This document shows, piece after piece, positions 63,637 to 64,000 of a stretch of 64,000 bases of DNA. The notes beneath the pieces were generated by a model that saw nothing but the letters and a program-made list of their open reading frames with translations, was not told where the DNA came from and did no database searches. Each line of letters starts with the position of its first letter. Position 1 is the first letter of the stretch. Origin of the DNA: Selaginella moellendorffii (lineage: Eukaryota > Plantae > Lycopodiophyta); assembly GCF_000143415.4 (NCBI RefSeq), contig NW_003314263.1, positions 1,242,165 through 1,306,164 of the forward strand, read 5' to 3'. Both the position numbers and the translations under genes were made by a program.

Positions 63637-64000
63637 ATGGATTCCAAGGTGCTACACCTTGTGCGCCATGGCCAGGCCTTCCACAACGTCCAAGGTGAGA
63701 TTCTACTGCAAATGAGGAGCTCCTGGAAGATTTTCCTGGACGGGAGATGGCGGCGCCTCACGCTCAAGCACATCTTGAGGGCTTTTCGATGCCTGTGGCT
63801 TCTCTTGTGCTGCATCGTTTCCCCAGCGCCTCCTCGTCCCTCCTCCTCCCCAGCTGCTGTGATGCCCATTTACTACGAGCACGCCGACGCGAGCCTCACG
63901 GCTACTGGATGGGAACAAGTAAGTCCTTTCCTTTCCCTTTGCTCCATTCATTTGGTAAATGATCGATCGCTCTCCTTCAAGGCTGAGTTTCTTCACAGGG
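63637..64000 (+). CDS. Histidine phosphatase copy C (5' part; truncated by window end)
   Basis: MDSKVLHLVRHGQAFHN..., same as copy A. Confidence 0.8.
   Translation, partial: MDSKVLHLVRHGQAFHNVQGEILLQMRSSWKIFLDGRWRRLTLKHILRAFRCLWLLLCCIVSPAPPRPSSSPAAVMPIYYEHADASLTATGWEQVSPFLSLCSIHLVNDRSLSFKAEFLHR

Larger units (their letters stand above)
61689..64000 (+). repeat. Direct near-identical copy C of the segment starting at 19801 (offset 41,888 bp), runs off the window
   Basis: Identical ORF sets at constant offset (19961/61849, 20611/62499, 21552/63440). Identity starts at TACTGTTGCTAACC. Confidence 0.95.

Overview
Plant nuclear DNA. The ~50-70 bp introns, arrays of intronless 31-aa-repeat PPRs, a Rab21 and a Tcn1-type chromovirus suggest a lycophyte such as Selaginella (inference). 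Bases 1-19,000 are a very compact block of conserved genes: DNAJC8/SPF31 3' end, SANT-domain protein, PPR, ABC1K8/OSA1, TIP41, Rab21, PPR, LBD15-like and YLMG1/YGGT. From ~19,400 the window becomes a rearranged, repeat-rich locus. Its core is a head-to-head gene pair 142 bp apart: a minimal FAB1/PIKfyve-like phosphoinositide-kinase domain with an N-terminal signal-peptide-like segment, and a phosphoglycerate-mutase-like histidine phosphatase. The pair occurs three times: A (~19.8-23.2 kb), inverted B (~47-50.1 kb) and direct C (61.7 kb to the window end). A and B form a ~5 kb near-identical inverted repeat inside older, diverged homology, so the kinase in B is chimeric, with a different C-lobe and activation loop. 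The A-B spacer holds a 7.6 kb non-coding LTR element (LARD-like, TSD CTGTC), isolated gene fragments and hairpins. Between B and C is a full-length Ty3/gypsy chromovirus (TSD TGTTG) with signs of Tf1-like self-priming and a -1 frameshift signal. All exon structures, identities and family assignments were read by eye, without alignment or database searches.
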